Source of the DNA: Octopus vulgaris
Lineage: Eukaryota
Assembly (NCBI GenBank): GCA_951406725.2
Contig: OX597829.1
Location: 10,230,001-10,294,000 of the forward strand
Reading direction: 5' to 3'
Length of the DNA: 64,000 bases
Under the pieces are notes generated by a model that was given only the letters and a program-made list of their open reading frames with translations, searched no databases and was not told where the DNA came from. Shown in pieces: positions 25,430-41,079 of the stretch. The stretch's first letter is position 1, and each line of letters begins with the position of its first letter. A program made the position numbers and the translations under genes.

Positions 25430-27190
25430 TACGGAGCTGGTTTGTTCTCCTCCATTACAGGCTAATTTGGTGTTTGTTCAGGCTAAAACGCCCTTCGATT
25501 TTTTGCCCAAATAAAGATGGCGAACAAGAAACGTCCATCCACTGCAAAGAACAGCCAGTCATCCGCAAAATAGAACAGCCAAGTCGTAAAATACAGTGGC
25601 GGTTTTTGCAGCAATAGCAATGTCAACAACATCAACAGCACCAATAGTGCACGTGAATTTTATGAAAGTAACTTTCCGTTGCTTCCGGCATCACCTTCAC
25701 CATCGCATGAACAAAAGAAAGAAATGATAACAAAAAGCAATGACACAAGAGAGAACACTACCACCTCCACCACAACTCTAGTGGTAACAGCAAACCTACC
25801 AACATCAATCATTAACAGAAAAAAACAACAAAGAAAACAAACGAATTAAATCCACTCTCACCGATTTCGCGCATCAGTGACAAGGCAAGTATGCGAAGAC
25901 ATTTTTATCAAGGAAAATGAATTCAAAAGTGCAAAATGTATGTTGGAGAAGTGTGGGAGAAATATGACACTAAATATTTCTAGATCTGTGCAGCAAGAAA
26001 CTAATTTGCAGAGAGTTCTATATAAACAATGAAAGCAAGAAGTAGAAAAGAAAAGCAGGCAACACACTAGCAAATTGAAATAAACGACCGGTTTGGATTA
26101 GCAAAAGTTATATAGCCAGAAGCAAAAATATGGGACAATCGAAGTGAAATTCGCCTCAGATGTGGAGGCCAAAAATCACCCGGCAGCCACCATGACGAGT
26201 GACGAACTCACCGTCATCCCCATCTCTTAGCCGAAGGATATTCAAAGCAACAATACTAGATAAACCATCAGAAATAAACATCCGCTGGTTGGTGGCTGAG
26301 GATCTCTTCGCCATAGAGGAGAAAACCACTATTCTGCGGATAGAGGGAATCCAGAAGCAGAGCCTGATAGGACAGGGTATGCAACTACTACATCAGGCAG
26401 ATTAGCAAGCGTCGAGGTCATCCCGGACTTCATAAGCTTACCTTGATAAACTTCATGTGGCTGTTGAGGAAAGAAAGACGGGATGCCATGGGGAACACAA
26501 CTTTCTACCCACAACAAAAGCGAGCAAGACTCCTCCTACCACCACAATTACAACAGCAACAGCACCAACAGAGGCAGGTGACCACTACAACTGCAAATAC
26601 AACAGCAACAGTTGTACAAATACCAATCACAGCAGTTCCAACAGCAACAACAGTGGAAGCGACAGCAGCAAACAGAAGAGAAAACTCACCAACATCAATG
26701 GCTTCCACATATCAGAGAGTAACAAAGACAACAAAAATGTTATCAGCAGAATAACACCTGTCTTCACAAGACATGAGGCTGCCCTGTTTAGATAAGTCAG
26801 ATATGTCTTGTAATGAGGGGAGAAGTGAAGAGCCTAAATGGCAAAAAGTCGGCAGATCAAACAAAAGTAAAAGGAACAAAAACACACAAACATCAACAGA
26901 AAATCTGGTAGGTATGATCAGAAAAGGGAGACGCCTTTGAGAACAAATACACAACGAACCATCACCAACAGCAGCCATACGATAATAACATCATCCTCAT
27001 CACTACCATGACCACCACCACAAATGGCAGTCCGAAAAGCAAGTTGGACTTCAGTACCTACGTCAGCGGCATGCCACGACTCTCGGGAAGGCGGATGGAG
27101 CGTTGCGAAATGCCGAAAACAGCCGCGAAAATACGGGATGTAACAAGTTCCATTGGGGCAAATCGTCTGGTTTGGATGGTCTACCTGTTG
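25430..27190 (+). mobile_element. Probable degraded 5'/ORF1 region of an L1/Tx1-like LINE
   Basis: A/C-rich broken coding-like sequence immediately upstream of Tx1-like ORF2 pieces; no diagnostic motif seen. Confidence 0.35.
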
Positions 27191-27360
27191 AAAAATACCT
27201 TAGGAATGAGAACCCAGGTTCCAAATTTCCCCAAGACACCTGATGAAGGCTGGAAGGTATATCAGCCGAAACGTTGTGTTAACAACAAACAAGATGAGGA
27301 CAAATATCTGTAAAATGTAAATAATGCACATAATTCCTCATCTCTTAAATATAGAACTAT
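27190..27360 (+). mobile_element. Short non-coding PLE-terminus-like repeat carrying a hammerhead motif
   Basis: Shares its 3' part with 435-532 and 43494-43585; contains the motif at 27235-27280. Confidence 0.7.
27235..27280 (+). ncRNA. Ultra-minimal type I hammerhead ribozyme motif
   Basis: GACAC-CTGATGA-A-GGCTG..CAGCC-GAAAC-GTT-GTGTT; stem I GACAC/GTGTT, palindrome AACGTT in place of stem III. Confidence 0.75.
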
Positions 27361-27409
27361 ATTATCTACTCTCGAGTTTTGTAGAGAGCTAGAAGAGGGA
27401 AAGAGTGAT

Positions 27410-28180
27410 GACGCACTCGGAGATATGCGAGGTGTTGACGATGTCGGACCGACCAATCTGTTCCGGAGGACTTTCGAGCCGAGGACGATGGATAACTTCC
27501 AGAAATCCCTAGCTTGGCAGTGCTACCGGCTGGCACTGCCAGATCAAAATAAACTTTACATGCACGGAAGTGCTGTCAGACGGACCTAAACGAGTTGTGT
27601 GCAGAGATGAAACCGTTCTGCACGCTATACAGACATATGGCGTTATGAACAGCTGCTATCAAGTGTAGGACGGATCCGGCTATCGGCCGAGTCCATAGTG
27701 AAGATTGATCCGCCGCCTTCCAGGGCAGTCAATTTTCCTCTGTCTGATAGCAGTAGCGAGAGAGGTTATATAGTGGACCAGTTCCATAACTCTGCTAAAC
27801 ACAGAGTTTAAGATTTTAGCCAATTTATCGATAATTAGGTTGGCGCTTGTCATCAAGGACTTTGTTGGGGAGGCGCAAACCTGCGCAATCACGACTAGGT
27901 CCATACATGATAAACTCCCCCCTCGTGCGATACATCTGCGAAAGGGTAGGGTGTAAACCTGGTTTCTGTGGGGTGCTGATAAATTTAGATCAATCGAAAG
28001 CATTTGATAGGGTCGACCAACGATATCTAGAGGCTGTTCTCAAAGCGGCTGGCTTCGGCCCCGTCTTCAGAGGTTGGGTCGCTGCAATGCACAGCGGCAT
28101 CTGCTCGGTAGTCAAAGTTAATGGCCACCTCTCAGAACCGTTTCAGATCTGCCGATCGGTCCGTCAAGGGTCACCTCTCT
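27410..28180 (+). mobile_element. Two scrambled L1/Tx1-like ORF2 fragments
   Basis: 27410-27780 matches the C-terminal part of 34804-35499; 27847+ encodes LINLDQSKAFDRVD..L..GFGP.F..W..VKVNG.LS..F.I.RSVRQG.PLS. Confidence 0.85.
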
Positions 28181-28199
28181 CCCTCTCTCATCCGACGAC

Positions 28200-28250
<51 letters not shown>

Positions 28251-28276
28251 GGTGGTGGTGATGGTGATGGTGATGG

Positions 28277-28331
<55 letters not shown>

Positions 28332-28383
28332 GGTGGTGGTGGTGATGGTGATGGTGATGATGATGATGATGATGATGAACAAA

Positions 28384-28933
28384 ATGCCCTAATGCAGTAC
28401 CAGGCAGTGGCTGTCATGGCTTCTGATCTTAACTGATTGGAAGTGTTATCATGTACATTGTTTTATCTTGGTATAAAAGATGGGCTACAGCAAATATTCT
28501 GCTCAATACCACAGATTTGCTTTTTACTTGTTTGATCTTAACCAGTTGAGCATGTCCCTTAGTGGCTGACGATATGTGCATCTCTGATCACGAGCAGAAG
28601 TAGTGGGGGAGTATCATAGCATTGAAAGGAATTCTTTAGAGTTTGAATAATTCACCTCTGGAAACATGTGTGTTTCGTTCAACATCCTTAAACAATCTTT
28701 ATTCAGGGACCTTTTGAGCGGGATGGGCTACTCCACCAGAAGAAAATTCTAACTTGGCCTCACCTGCAAGGTCATGCGCTGTTTATCTTGATATGAGATC
28801 ACCATGTCGCGCACATATGGTTGTGATGTATGTGCCCGGTGTACCCTTATCAGACGGGTAGTCATGATGGGTATATTGGTCTTCGTATATTTTACCCCAG
28901 TGTCACTTTGATGGCATGCACTGCTCTCTCACT
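28384..28933. mobile_element. Unclassified ~550 bp repeat, copy 2 (inverted relative to the others)
   Basis: Reverse complement of 36075-36623; flanked by (GAT/GGT)n and (AAT)n. Confidence 0.85.
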
Positions 28934-28935
28934 GT

Positions 28936-29003
<68 letters not shown>

Positions 29004-29004
<1 letters not shown>

Positions 29005-29231
29005 TTTCTTTACTACCCACAAGGGGCGAAACACAGAGGGGACAAACAAAGACAGACAAAGGGATTAAGTCGATGATATCGACCCAGTGCGAAACTGGTA
29101 CTTAATTAATCGACCCCGAAAGGATGAAAGGCAAAGTCAACCTCGGTGGAATTTGAACTCAGAACGTAACAACAGACGAAATACCACTAAGCGTTACGCC
29201 CGACGCGCTAACGTTTCTGCCAGCTACCGCC
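29004..29231 (-). mobile_element. Meta-type tRNA SINE
   Basis: Reverse complement of 37661-37895. Confidence 0.85.
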
Positions 29232-29249
29232 AATAATAATAATAATACT

Positions 29250-29308
29250 TATTTTATTATTGTTGTTGTTGTTGTTATTATTATTGTTATTATCATTATT
29301 ATAATTAT

Positions 29309-29376
<68 letters not shown>

Positions 29377-29470
29377 CATTAATATTATTATCATTATTAT
29401 AATTATATTATTATTATTATTATTATTATCATCATTATTATTATAATCATTATTATCATTATCATAATTA

Positions 29471-29507
<37 letters not shown>

Positions 29508-29555
29508 TATTTATTATTATTATTATCATTATTATAATTATTATTATTATTATTA

Positions 29556-29610
<55 letters not shown>

Positions 29611-29679
29611 CATTATTATCATTATAATTATATTAGTATTATTATCATTATTATTATTATTATTATTATCATTATTATC
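29250..29679. repeat. Degenerate (ATT)n array
   Basis: Direct reading. Confidence 0.95.
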
Positions 29680-30365
29680 AGTAGTTTTATTTTTATAGCG
29701 TGCTTTCACTTCACTACCGAGCGCAGCTCTGTGTGCCTTGGCTATGTGCTGTGATTTGTTGTGATGCTCTGATGGTTATTGTATGGAAAGTGTTCTGCGT
29801 AGGATGTGTGCAGTGCCTAGTAGTGCAATTTTCTGTATGTTATATGTGTTTGTAAGTCCTGGTGTTTTTGTTATGTATTTGTCTGAATATTTTTTTATCA
29901 TGCCTAATGCACCTACTATGATAGGAATTGTTTCTGTTTTCAGATTCCACATTCTAGTTACCTCTATTTCCAGGTCTTTGTATTTTGAGAGTTTCTCCAT
30001 TTCTTTTAGAGACACGTTGTCATCAGCCGGTATTGATACATCAATTAGAAAGCATTTTTTCTCTTCATGATCTCTGACAACTATATCTGGTCTGTTGGCC
30101 TTAATTTCTCTATCTGTGTGTATCGGCATATCCCAGAGTATGGTTGCTTTCTCGTTTTCTGTGACCTTTTCTGGTGTGTGCCTATACCATCTTTTTTCTG
30201 TTGTTATTCCATAATGTTGGCATAGCTTCCAATGTATGTAGGTTCCAACCCTGTCATGTCTGTGAATATATTCCGTCTTAGCCAGGACTGGGCAGCTAGA
30301 GATAATATGATTTATTGTTTCTTGTCCATCTCCACATATTCTGCAGTTACTTGTAATATTTCTTT

Positions 30366-30369
<4 letters not shown>
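29680..30369 (-). mobile_element. 5'-truncated young R4/Dong-type LINE
   Basis: Open ORF 29776-30369: CRIC..ETINHIISSC, RHD, NRPDIV..LIDVSIP..EK..KY; (ATT)n on both sides; near-identical to 54948-55517 and 59082-59791. Confidence 0.93.
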
Positions 30370-30453
<84 letters not shown>

Positions 30454-30479
30454 TACTATTACTATTACTATTACTATTC

Positions 30480-30562
<83 letters not shown>

Positions 30563-30563
30563 C

Positions 30564-30609
<46 letters not shown>

Positions 30610-30889
30610 ATTATTATTATTATTATTTAGTAAACTATTTAATTTATTTGTCCGTTCGTTTGTTTGTTTGGTTGTTTTAAGGATATCAGAGTGACAGAAT
30701 CTTTAGAGCGTCAAGGCTAGAACTTTGTTGTGTCAGGATCTTTACATCCTGAATTCGAATCGCACCCTGATCAACTTCACTATTCATCTTTTCGGTCTCC
30801 ACCCATGAAGTACCAGTTTGTTAATGTATCTTTGTTATAGTATATCTCATTGTTTTATTTAAACTATATTTTCTTTCTTGTTTTCTCTG

Positions 30890-33800
30890 GATTTCCCCTT
30901 TCTATTGTTGCCTCTAAATATAGCCAAGGTGTTACTTGTGGGATGACACAAACCATCTCAAGGCTTTCTTCCCCCAGGGAAAAAGAAGAAAGTAAAGAGT
31001 CCCGCCTCTAGCGACACTGTCACCATAGCAGCAACAACGCCATCGTCGGTTGTTACAGCAGCTGCAGGACTCCAGTGACGTTCATCATCAGATGTAAAGA
31101 GAATAGTAACAGAAGCAGCAGCAACAGCATAAACAACACTAACAGTGGAAGAAACTCTGTCCTGAAGAGCCACCTCCAGCAAATCGTTATGAAAGCCCCT
31201 AAACCGCAAGAACTGAACCTAAAGTTAATGCCCCTAAAACCTGTTTCTCCATGCTTTGGACCACACGAACATGTCATGTGGCGAAGGAGACGGGGAAGAA
31301 AAAACAAACGGTAGCAAATAAACCCGTGAGATTCAACGGAGAGAATAAACAATTCTCAACAAGGACACGTTTATACTCTTTCTACCAACGTCAGTAATAT
31401 ACCAAAACTATCATCACTGTCACCAGAACCACTATCACAATCACTACCACCGCAGACATAGCCAACATCATAAGTAACTGCAAAACCCTAACATCCAAAC
31501 CAAGAAGAACAACTGCAAAGAAGCAAAACCTTTACTGTTATGAATACGAACGACAAAGAATGAAATACTTCGACACACAGACATCACTCAGAAAGATTTC
31601 ATCATATCAACAAAAAGTGTACAAACATAAATAAATCAAACAATACAAAATATATACAATACCTCAAAGCAAGATATCTCGACGGAGTGGCAAGCCTCAG
31701 AGGGAATATCAATAACAGAATTTTCAAAGAATTGCTTGTAGAAACACCTACTTGTAACCGGAGGAAAAACTTTCCCACCCCGAATTAATGTAAGTAGCTT
31801 TTTCTCATTTTCCTTCTGTTAAAGACAGCCTATCTCAGAATAGACAATATAAATGCACGTGACCTGGGATTACCCAAGAAGCAGAGCCACCTGCTTTGTG
31901 ACTTAAAATCAATTTACGAAATTGATAATGAGGCTATCATGTTCAGAATTTCCGATACACGTGGCTTCGCACCAATTTTAGTGGATATGACATCTATTAA
32001 TCTCCGAAATGGCCAGGGATAGGAGGGGAAGTTGCTGTGTTGTTTCGAAAAGTTATAGATCCCGTGATAAGGACCATCTTCTTAGTTCCTAGAGGTAAGA
32101 TTGTGGTACCGGCCTGAGCAGTATTAAAAACTACAAATCCTAATTAGTATCCATCTAAGACCCAACAGTGACCAGCGACTAGGTTCTTTAGGCGTCTAGA
32201 GTGCTTCATCAGAGCGTCCCATGTCTGATTGCAAATGGGAGAGTGGAGCGCCAATTTGAATGTATATTTGGCCGGTGTTGGCCTAACGGACAGAAGAATT
32301 GTTAGGGAGCAATAACATCGATTTGATCGGAAATGCTCTAAGCTACTACAAGGTGGTTAAAGAAGTACTTATAGACGCGGAAGCCAGATGTTTCGAGGGG
32401 CATCCCGTGTGATCTAGGATGTTGTAAGTTCGTGTTGGCTTATGCAGGCAATGTTACTGTAATAGTATCGGATACCTCGGAAATAGAGGTGGTCAGCACT
32501 GCTCTAAGGGACTACGAAGCGATGACAGGAGCAAAGATTAACCAGAAATCGGTGAGCCTGCAGTTCGGCACCTGGAGAAGCATCGTAGGGCGTTGGACGG
32601 ACAGCATCGTAGGGCGTTGGACGGACGGCCCAATTAAATTGCTCAGGATCTGGTTTGATCCGGACCTCCAGGTGGACAAGAACTGGTAGGTTACGAAATG
32701 GGCAGAGAGGATGTTATCTCTGAAGGGTCGGGCGTAGTGGCGAATACGTACATTGCTTCCGTCATTTTCTACCAACTGACTTTCGTCCCTTGCCCTGCTT
32801 CGTGGATTATGAAACTGGAGCGCTTGCACTTCCACTTTCTGTGGAAGGAACGTGTTCCGCTAGTCTGACGATCCATCTGCTGTCTGCGACCTCTAAGTAG
32901 CGGACTGGATATGCCGTGACTAAAGATACGCTGAGGCTGCAACATCTCCCGCTATTTCACGACGCTATTGCTCGTCTCACTGATGGCTCTGGATCAAGCG
33001 TAGATTGAGAAAGTGTACTTGGCACCTGGAGTGTCTGCAAGCGCTCACAGTCCTTTGCCAGTCGGACAATGAGGTCGGTGGAAGTTCCACATTGGAGTTC
33101 TGTGAGACTCTGGGCGTCGGGAGGTGGGGATTGACTGGTCTTATCCGGAGGACTTTCGGGTCGTGACCTATGGACAATTTTAAGAAATCTGTCTTGGCAG
33201 GGTTACCGGAAGGCTCTGCAAGTTTTGACACAAGCTCCATAGGCACAGAAGTGCCGTCAGTCGGACTTGTCCGAAATATGCGCAGTTCTATGAAACCGAT
33301 TTGCATTCGTACAGTATTCATGCATTGAAGACTTGCGGAGTTTTGTTGAACAGCTATTGACGCATGTAGGACGGATCCGGCTATTTGCCGAGTCCATTGT
33401 GAGGATCGCCGCGCCGCCATATTTTGTCCGGGAATGAAAGGCAGTTCTTTTCTGTCAGGTGACTATGGCGAAGAAGGTAGTGTGGTGGACGAGACTGAAA
33501 GGATTGAAGACAGATACTTTCCTCTTCGGACAGATACTTTTTTCAAATTTCCATCTAAAAAAGAAAAGTGAGAGTTGAGTAGGGGAGTACAGCACCCTAC
33601 CACCACCACCAGCAGCAGTATTTTTGTTGAATGTGACGAAAACGGTCCGTGTGAATGGGGCCTATGTTGAACATTCGCTTGTAGGCTGGAATGGTTGAGA
33701 GGAAGAGGTGTGCCTCTCTGAGGTGCTCTTGGTAGTCGGGGTGATCAGGATGTGTGAGGTACATTGGTTGGCCTTGGTTCGAACTTCCCGTACTGGGGAT

Positions 33801-33931
33801 CTTTGTTGTTAGAATTTTCTTGTTAATTGTTATCGTTATTCATTGTATTCTCGTTATTGTTCAACACCCCAGTGTCCCTTGTATTGTATTATCCCTATTT
33901 GGTTTGTGCACGGTCCTTGTGGTCAACAGAG

Positions 33932-33932
<1 letters not shown>
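30890..33932 (+). mobile_element. Degraded, internally deleted L1/Tx1-like LINE
   Basis: APE-like N-terminus NINARDL..KQSHLL (about 31845), AYAGNV (decayed YADD, about 32440), collinear with 34237-35811 through to the 3' end. Confidence 0.75.
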
Positions 33933-34001
<69 letters not shown>

Positions 34002-34002
34002 A

Positions 34003-34034
<32 letters not shown>

Positions 34035-34188
34035 GTTGTTGTTGTTGTTGTTGTTGTTATTATTATTATTGTTGTTGTTGTTGTTGTTGTTATTATTATT
34101 ATTGTTGTTGTTGTTATTATTATTATTATAATAATACTTATTATTATTATTGTTACTACTACTACTTTTATTATTATTATTATTATTA

Positions 34189-34236
<48 letters not shown>
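33933..34236. repeat. (ATC)n-(ATT)n-(GTT)n array
   Basis: Direct reading. Confidence 0.95.
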
Positions 34237-34239
<3 letters not shown>

Positions 34240-35811
34240 CAGGCACATTGACCTGATTGGCGAGACGCTAAACGAGTACGAAGCGGTGACAGGGGCAAAC
34301 ATTAACGCGGAAAAGTCTGTGGCCTTGCAACTGGGCACCTGGAGAGGCAAGCCCATGCCGTCCAACAGCGTCGTAGGGCACTGGACAGACGGACCCGTTA
34401 AATTGCTCGGGGTCTGGTTCGGTCCGGACCTCCAGGTGGATAAAAACTGGGAAGAAGTGACGAGCAGGGTGGCATGTCTCACCCAGAAATGGGCCGAGAG
34501 GAAGCTGTCCTTGAAAGGTCGAGTGGAGGTGGCGAATGCGTACATCGCATCCGTCATCTATTACCGCTTGACCGTCGTCCCTTGTCCCGACCGCTGGTTG
34601 GCCAAGCTGGTACGCCTGCTCTTCGAATTTTTGTGGAAGGGTCAGGTGCCACTGGTCAGGCGATCCATCTGCAGTCAACTACCGCTGAACGGAGGCCTTG
34701 GCATGCTCTGGTTATTGATGCGCAGACATGCACTCAGGCTGCGACATCTCAAGCGTTTCCTAGACGGTGAACAGGTGTTGTCTTTTTTCCGCAGCTCGCC
34801 TCTTTGACAGAGCTGCAGACCTGGATCAAACGTAGACCGAGAAAGGGTGCTTGGCACCTCGAGTGCCGTCAGGCTCTCTCCGCCCTCCGCCAAGCGGGCA
34901 ATGTGATCGGTTTTAGTTCCACTCTAGCGTTCTATAGAGGGTTAGTGGAGGAAAAATGCGACGGCGTTCTCGGGGAAACTCTAGGCGTTGATGATAACGA
35001 ACTGAGCGGTCTGTTCGGAAGGACTTTCGGGTCGGGGCCAATGCATAATTTCCAGAGGTCGCTCGTTTGGCAGTGCTACCGAGAGGCTCTGCCTGTTCGG
35101 GATAAAATCTACCGGCTCGGAAGTACCGTCAGCCGGGCCTGCCCGAAGTGTTGCCAGGACGACGAAACCGTTCTGCACGCACTCGTCCAGTGCCCGAGTA
35201 TTGCTGAACTATGGGCTTATGTCGAACAGCTACTGTCACGTATAGGACGGATCCGGATATCAGATGAATCCATAGTGAAGATTGCTCCGCCGACCACCTT
35301 TAACAAGGAGGGCAAGGCCGTTTTCCTGTGCCTAGAGGCTGTTGCAAAAGAGGTTGTATGGTGGACCCGTTTGAAAGGGTTAAAGTCAGACACTTTCCTC
35401 TTTGGTCAAGGCCTCATCAACTTTTTAAAGTTTCACTTGAAAAGGAATATGAGGTTAGAGAGGAGAGTGCTGTCTGATAGCAAGTTTTCTGAAAGGTGAG
35501 TGAATTGTGCAAGAATGGCCAGTGTAAATGGACCAATTCTCAGATTTCGCCTGTAATTGGAAAAGGTATTACAAAAGGAGAAAGGGGCTCTCTACCCCCT
35601 TTTAACCAGGCTCCCGTTGGCTTTTATGAGTTTTCCACCAGGAACATTTCGTAACGCCTACCCCTTTTGGGAGTTTTTCGTTGTTATATTATTTGATTGT
35701 TACTCTGTTTTTACACGATTTTTTACACAAAGGGACAAAACCCTTAGTAACCTTTCGTCCCTTTATGTTTTCTAATCATGTGTGTCAGCCCTTGTGGCCA
35801 ATAAAAAGAAT
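34237..35811 (+). mobile_element. 5'-truncated L1/Tx1-like LINE (RT thumb, CCHC, 3' UTR)
   Basis: GANINAEKS, VKLLGVWF, W..R.LSLKGR, GGLG, CPKC..DETVLHALVQC; AATAAA at about 35800 then (ATT)n. Confidence 0.9.
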
Positions 35812-35813
35812 TA

Positions 35814-35894
<81 letters not shown>

Positions 35895-35919
35895 ATTATT
35901 ATTATTATTATTATTATTA

Positions 35920-36070
<151 letters not shown>

Positions 36071-36074
36071 CATT

Positions 36075-36623
36075 GAGTGAGAGAGCAGTGCATGCCATCA
36101 AAGTGACACTGGGGTAAAATATACGAAGCCAGTATACCCATCATGACTACCCATCTCATAAGGGTACACTAGGCACATGAATCACTACCATATGTGCGCG
36201 ACATAGTGATCCCATATCAAGATAAATAGCGCATGACTTTGCAGTTGGGGCCCAGTTAGAATTTTCTTCTGGTCGAGTAACCCATCCCGCTCAAAAGGTC
36301 CCTGAATAAGGGTTGTTTAAGGATGTTGAACGAAACACCCATAATTCCATTGGTGAATGATTCAAACCCCAAAGTATCCCTCTCAACACATGGCTATGAT
36401 GCTCTCCCACTACTTCTGCTCGTGATCAGAGATGCACATATCGTCAGCCACCAAGGGACATGCTCAACTGGTTAAGATCAAACAACTGACAAGCAAATCT
36501 GTGGTATTGAGCAGAATGTTAGCAGTAGCCCATCTTTTATACCAGGACAAAATAGTGTACATGATAACACTTCCAATCAGTTAAGATCAGAAGCCATGAG
36601 AGCCTGGTACTGCATCAGGGCAT
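36075..36623. mobile_element. Unclassified ~550 bp repeat, copy 3
   Basis: GAGTGAGAGAGCAGTGCATGCC...CCTGGTACTGCATCAGGGCAT. Confidence 0.85.
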
Positions 36624-36624
36624 T

Positions 36625-38058
<1,434 letters not shown>

Positions 38059-38071
38059 ATTATTATCATTG

Positions 38072-38132
<61 letters not shown>

Positions 38133-38743
38133 AAGCAGCACCAGCAGCAGCAAATTAGGAAATCGGAATGAATTCCATAGCACTGGACTAAGCATCTTGC
38201 TTGGGTCCATTTATGTTCTTAATTCAAATCCCGCCTTTGGTGCCGTGGGCGTCTTTGCTTTTCATCAATAAAAATAGATACAGCCATCGAATGTTAACGA
38301 GAAAGAGGTAATTTGTTTAAAAATCATGGATTTCTTTCTTTATTATTTTAATTTAGGTTCTTGCTTTAAGGATTTTAATTCAGAGACTTGTTACGTGTAA
38401 TAGTTAATTACAAGACATAAACTTTGGGTCATAAAGCCTTTTATCTATTTCATTCTGCTTTTAATCTAGACCTCTGATACGAGCATTTATATCCCGGCTG
38501 TTCCCAATAAAATTATTTACTTTAAATAATTATCATTCTCAACTCTGTACCTAGTTTAATCAAGTCATTTAATCATTTGTCCAGTTACTGAACAAAAAAA
38601 TATCATTATTGTCATTACTTTATATTACTAGCTTCGTTATCTACATACCTAGTCTATTAGAAACCATTCCAAGGATTTTTAATCACCACTAACTTCACTT
38701 ACCTCCCAATGTCAGCTACTCACTTGTCAAGCTTATGAAAAGA

Positions 38744-38794
<51 letters not shown>

Positions 38795-38859
38795 ATATAT
38801 ATATTAACATTACTGTTATTAAGTCTGCACCATATCTAGAGTTCTTATAACTTGCATTT

Positions 38860-39035
38860 GAAGCCGTGAATCTGGCAGAATTGTTAGAACGCTGTGAAAA
38901 ACATAACGCTTAGCAGCATTTCGTCCATCTTTACATTCTGAGTTCAAATTCTGCCGAGGACACCCTTGCTTTTCATCCCTTCGGTGATCGCTAAAATAAG
39001 TGCCAATTAAGTAGTGGGAGTCGATGTAATTGGAT

Positions 39036-39040
<5 letters not shown>
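38860..39040 (+). mobile_element. Meta-type SINE, degraded
   Basis: CTGGCAGAATTGTTAG, GAGTTCAAATTCTGCCGAGG, TTTCATCCCTTCGG. Confidence 0.7.
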
Positions 39041-39094
<54 letters not shown>

Positions 39095-39734
39095 GCCGTG
39101 TGTCTATATAAGAAAGGCCTATATTTACATTTGTTCCTGTTTTACTCTTGGTACTGCATCTTTCTCTATTTTAGATAGCAATTTCTCTCGAATATTGCAT
39201 GCACTGTTCAGCCTTTCCCGCCTGTTTTACATTTCGTAGATCTAGTGTTTTGCTTGGTTTTGGGATTTTTTTTCTTTTTCGTTCTTTTTTTTATACGAAC
39301 ATTTCTAGTTCTACAAAAGTCAGTATTTCTGTTTTTCTTTTTTTTTTCTTTAACCATGTTCAGTATTTATGCGCACTTGCATTGATCTACGTAAAAAGCT
39401 TTCATGCTTTTTTCTTCTTTTGCCAAGCGATCTCGGTTTTATTTCTTTTCAAGATGTCTCCCTTTTAATTATAGCAGCTGCCTTAGAATTTTAAGCCATA
39501 TTTTTTCAACGTTCTAAAACTCTTCCAAGACAGTTTTACACTGCTTAATTCTAATCTCTTCTTTATGCACTACGCTAAACTTCTTTTCACTTAGATCTCT
39601 ACGCGGTCGTTCGAACTTCAGCAAAACATGCTCATATCACCCCGCTTCCACTTTCTTACAACGAAAAGGGCGAGATAATAGCTAACGTGTCTCTAGATAT
39701 GTCTGTATATGTGTATTTACACACACACACACAT

Positions 39735-39960
39735 ATACGACATGCCTCTTTCAGTTTTCGTCTACTAAATCCACTCGCAAGGCTTTGATCGGTTCAGGGT
39801 TATAGTAGAAAACAGTTGCCCAAAGGTGGCACAGAGTGAGACTGAACCTAGAATCATGTGGTTGGGAAGTACACTTATTACCACACAGCCATGCTGGAGC
39901 ATTACCTTTATGACTTATTTTTTAATAAGCCTAGTGTTTATTCTATCGGAGACCGGCCAT
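39735..39960 (-). mobile_element. tRNA-CORE SINE fragments
   Basis: Reverse complement of the 16389 family head and part of its tail. Confidence 0.7.
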
Positions 39961-40074
39961 AACTTTTAACTTCGTAAACTTCCTTGGTACAAAGAAAAGT
40001 CAGGCTCCCTTAAATCTTTTTACAAAATTGAATATTGAGTTATCATATGTAAAAATATACCTTTTGGAGACACA

Positions 40075-40455
40075 CAATCATGGCATTCCGTCGGTTACGA
40101 CGAAGAGGGTTCCAGTTGATCCGATCAACGGAACAGCCTACTGGTGAAATTAACGTGCAAGTGGTTGAGCACTCCACAGACATGTATACCCTTAACGTAG
40201 TTCCTGAGGAGATTCAGCGTGACACAGAGTGTGACAAGGCTGGCCCTTTGAAATACAAGTACAAGAGAAACAGGAAGAAAGAGTGAGAGAAAGTTGTGGT
40301 GGAAGAGTACAGCAGGGTTCGACACCAGCCCTTGCTGGAGCCTGTTTTAGGTGTTTTTGCTCAATAAACATTCACATCGCCCGCTCTGGGAGTCGACACC
40401 GCGATCCTACGATCGCGAGTCCGCTGCCCTAACCATAGGGCCATTGCGCCTTCAC
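40075..40455 (-). mobile_element. tRNA-derived SINE of a further family
   Basis: Minus strand head GAAGGCGCAATGGCCCTATGGTTAGGGCAGCGGACTCGCGATCGTAGGATCGCGGTGTCGACTCCC is tRNA-like and followed by a long non-tRNA body. Confidence 0.75.
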
Positions 40456-40687
40456 GGGGACACAATATATACATATATATATTCAAGCTATGAAATAGAA
40501 GCAGCACTTGTGTAATTAACATTCTCGACTACGTTAACTGAACGAACAAGCACCGTGTATTTGCCAGTAGGTTGCGATTTGACAAGGTGGAAAATTACTC
40601 TCTCGATGCGCTGGGTGTTGAAGCACCTGAGAGTCATGGACATGTGAGATAATTCACCCCAGATCCCATCCAGGAATGATGTTTCTT

Positions 40688-40918
<231 letters not shown>

Positions 40919-41079
40919 GTATGTATGTATACAGAAAATGAAACAAAACTTGCTGCAGAAAATCAATAGTTGATAACACAACAAATTTGTATAGGAATCT
41001 TTCATCTTTCTTTACATGTTTCATTCATTGGCCAGTGACCACCTTGAATTCTATTCGAACGAATCAACTCTAGTACTTT

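Noticed and set aside
32579-32626. 24 bp tandem duplication in the Tx1 relic (similar 19 bp duplication at about 61894-61931)
   Set aside because: Ordinary local slippage
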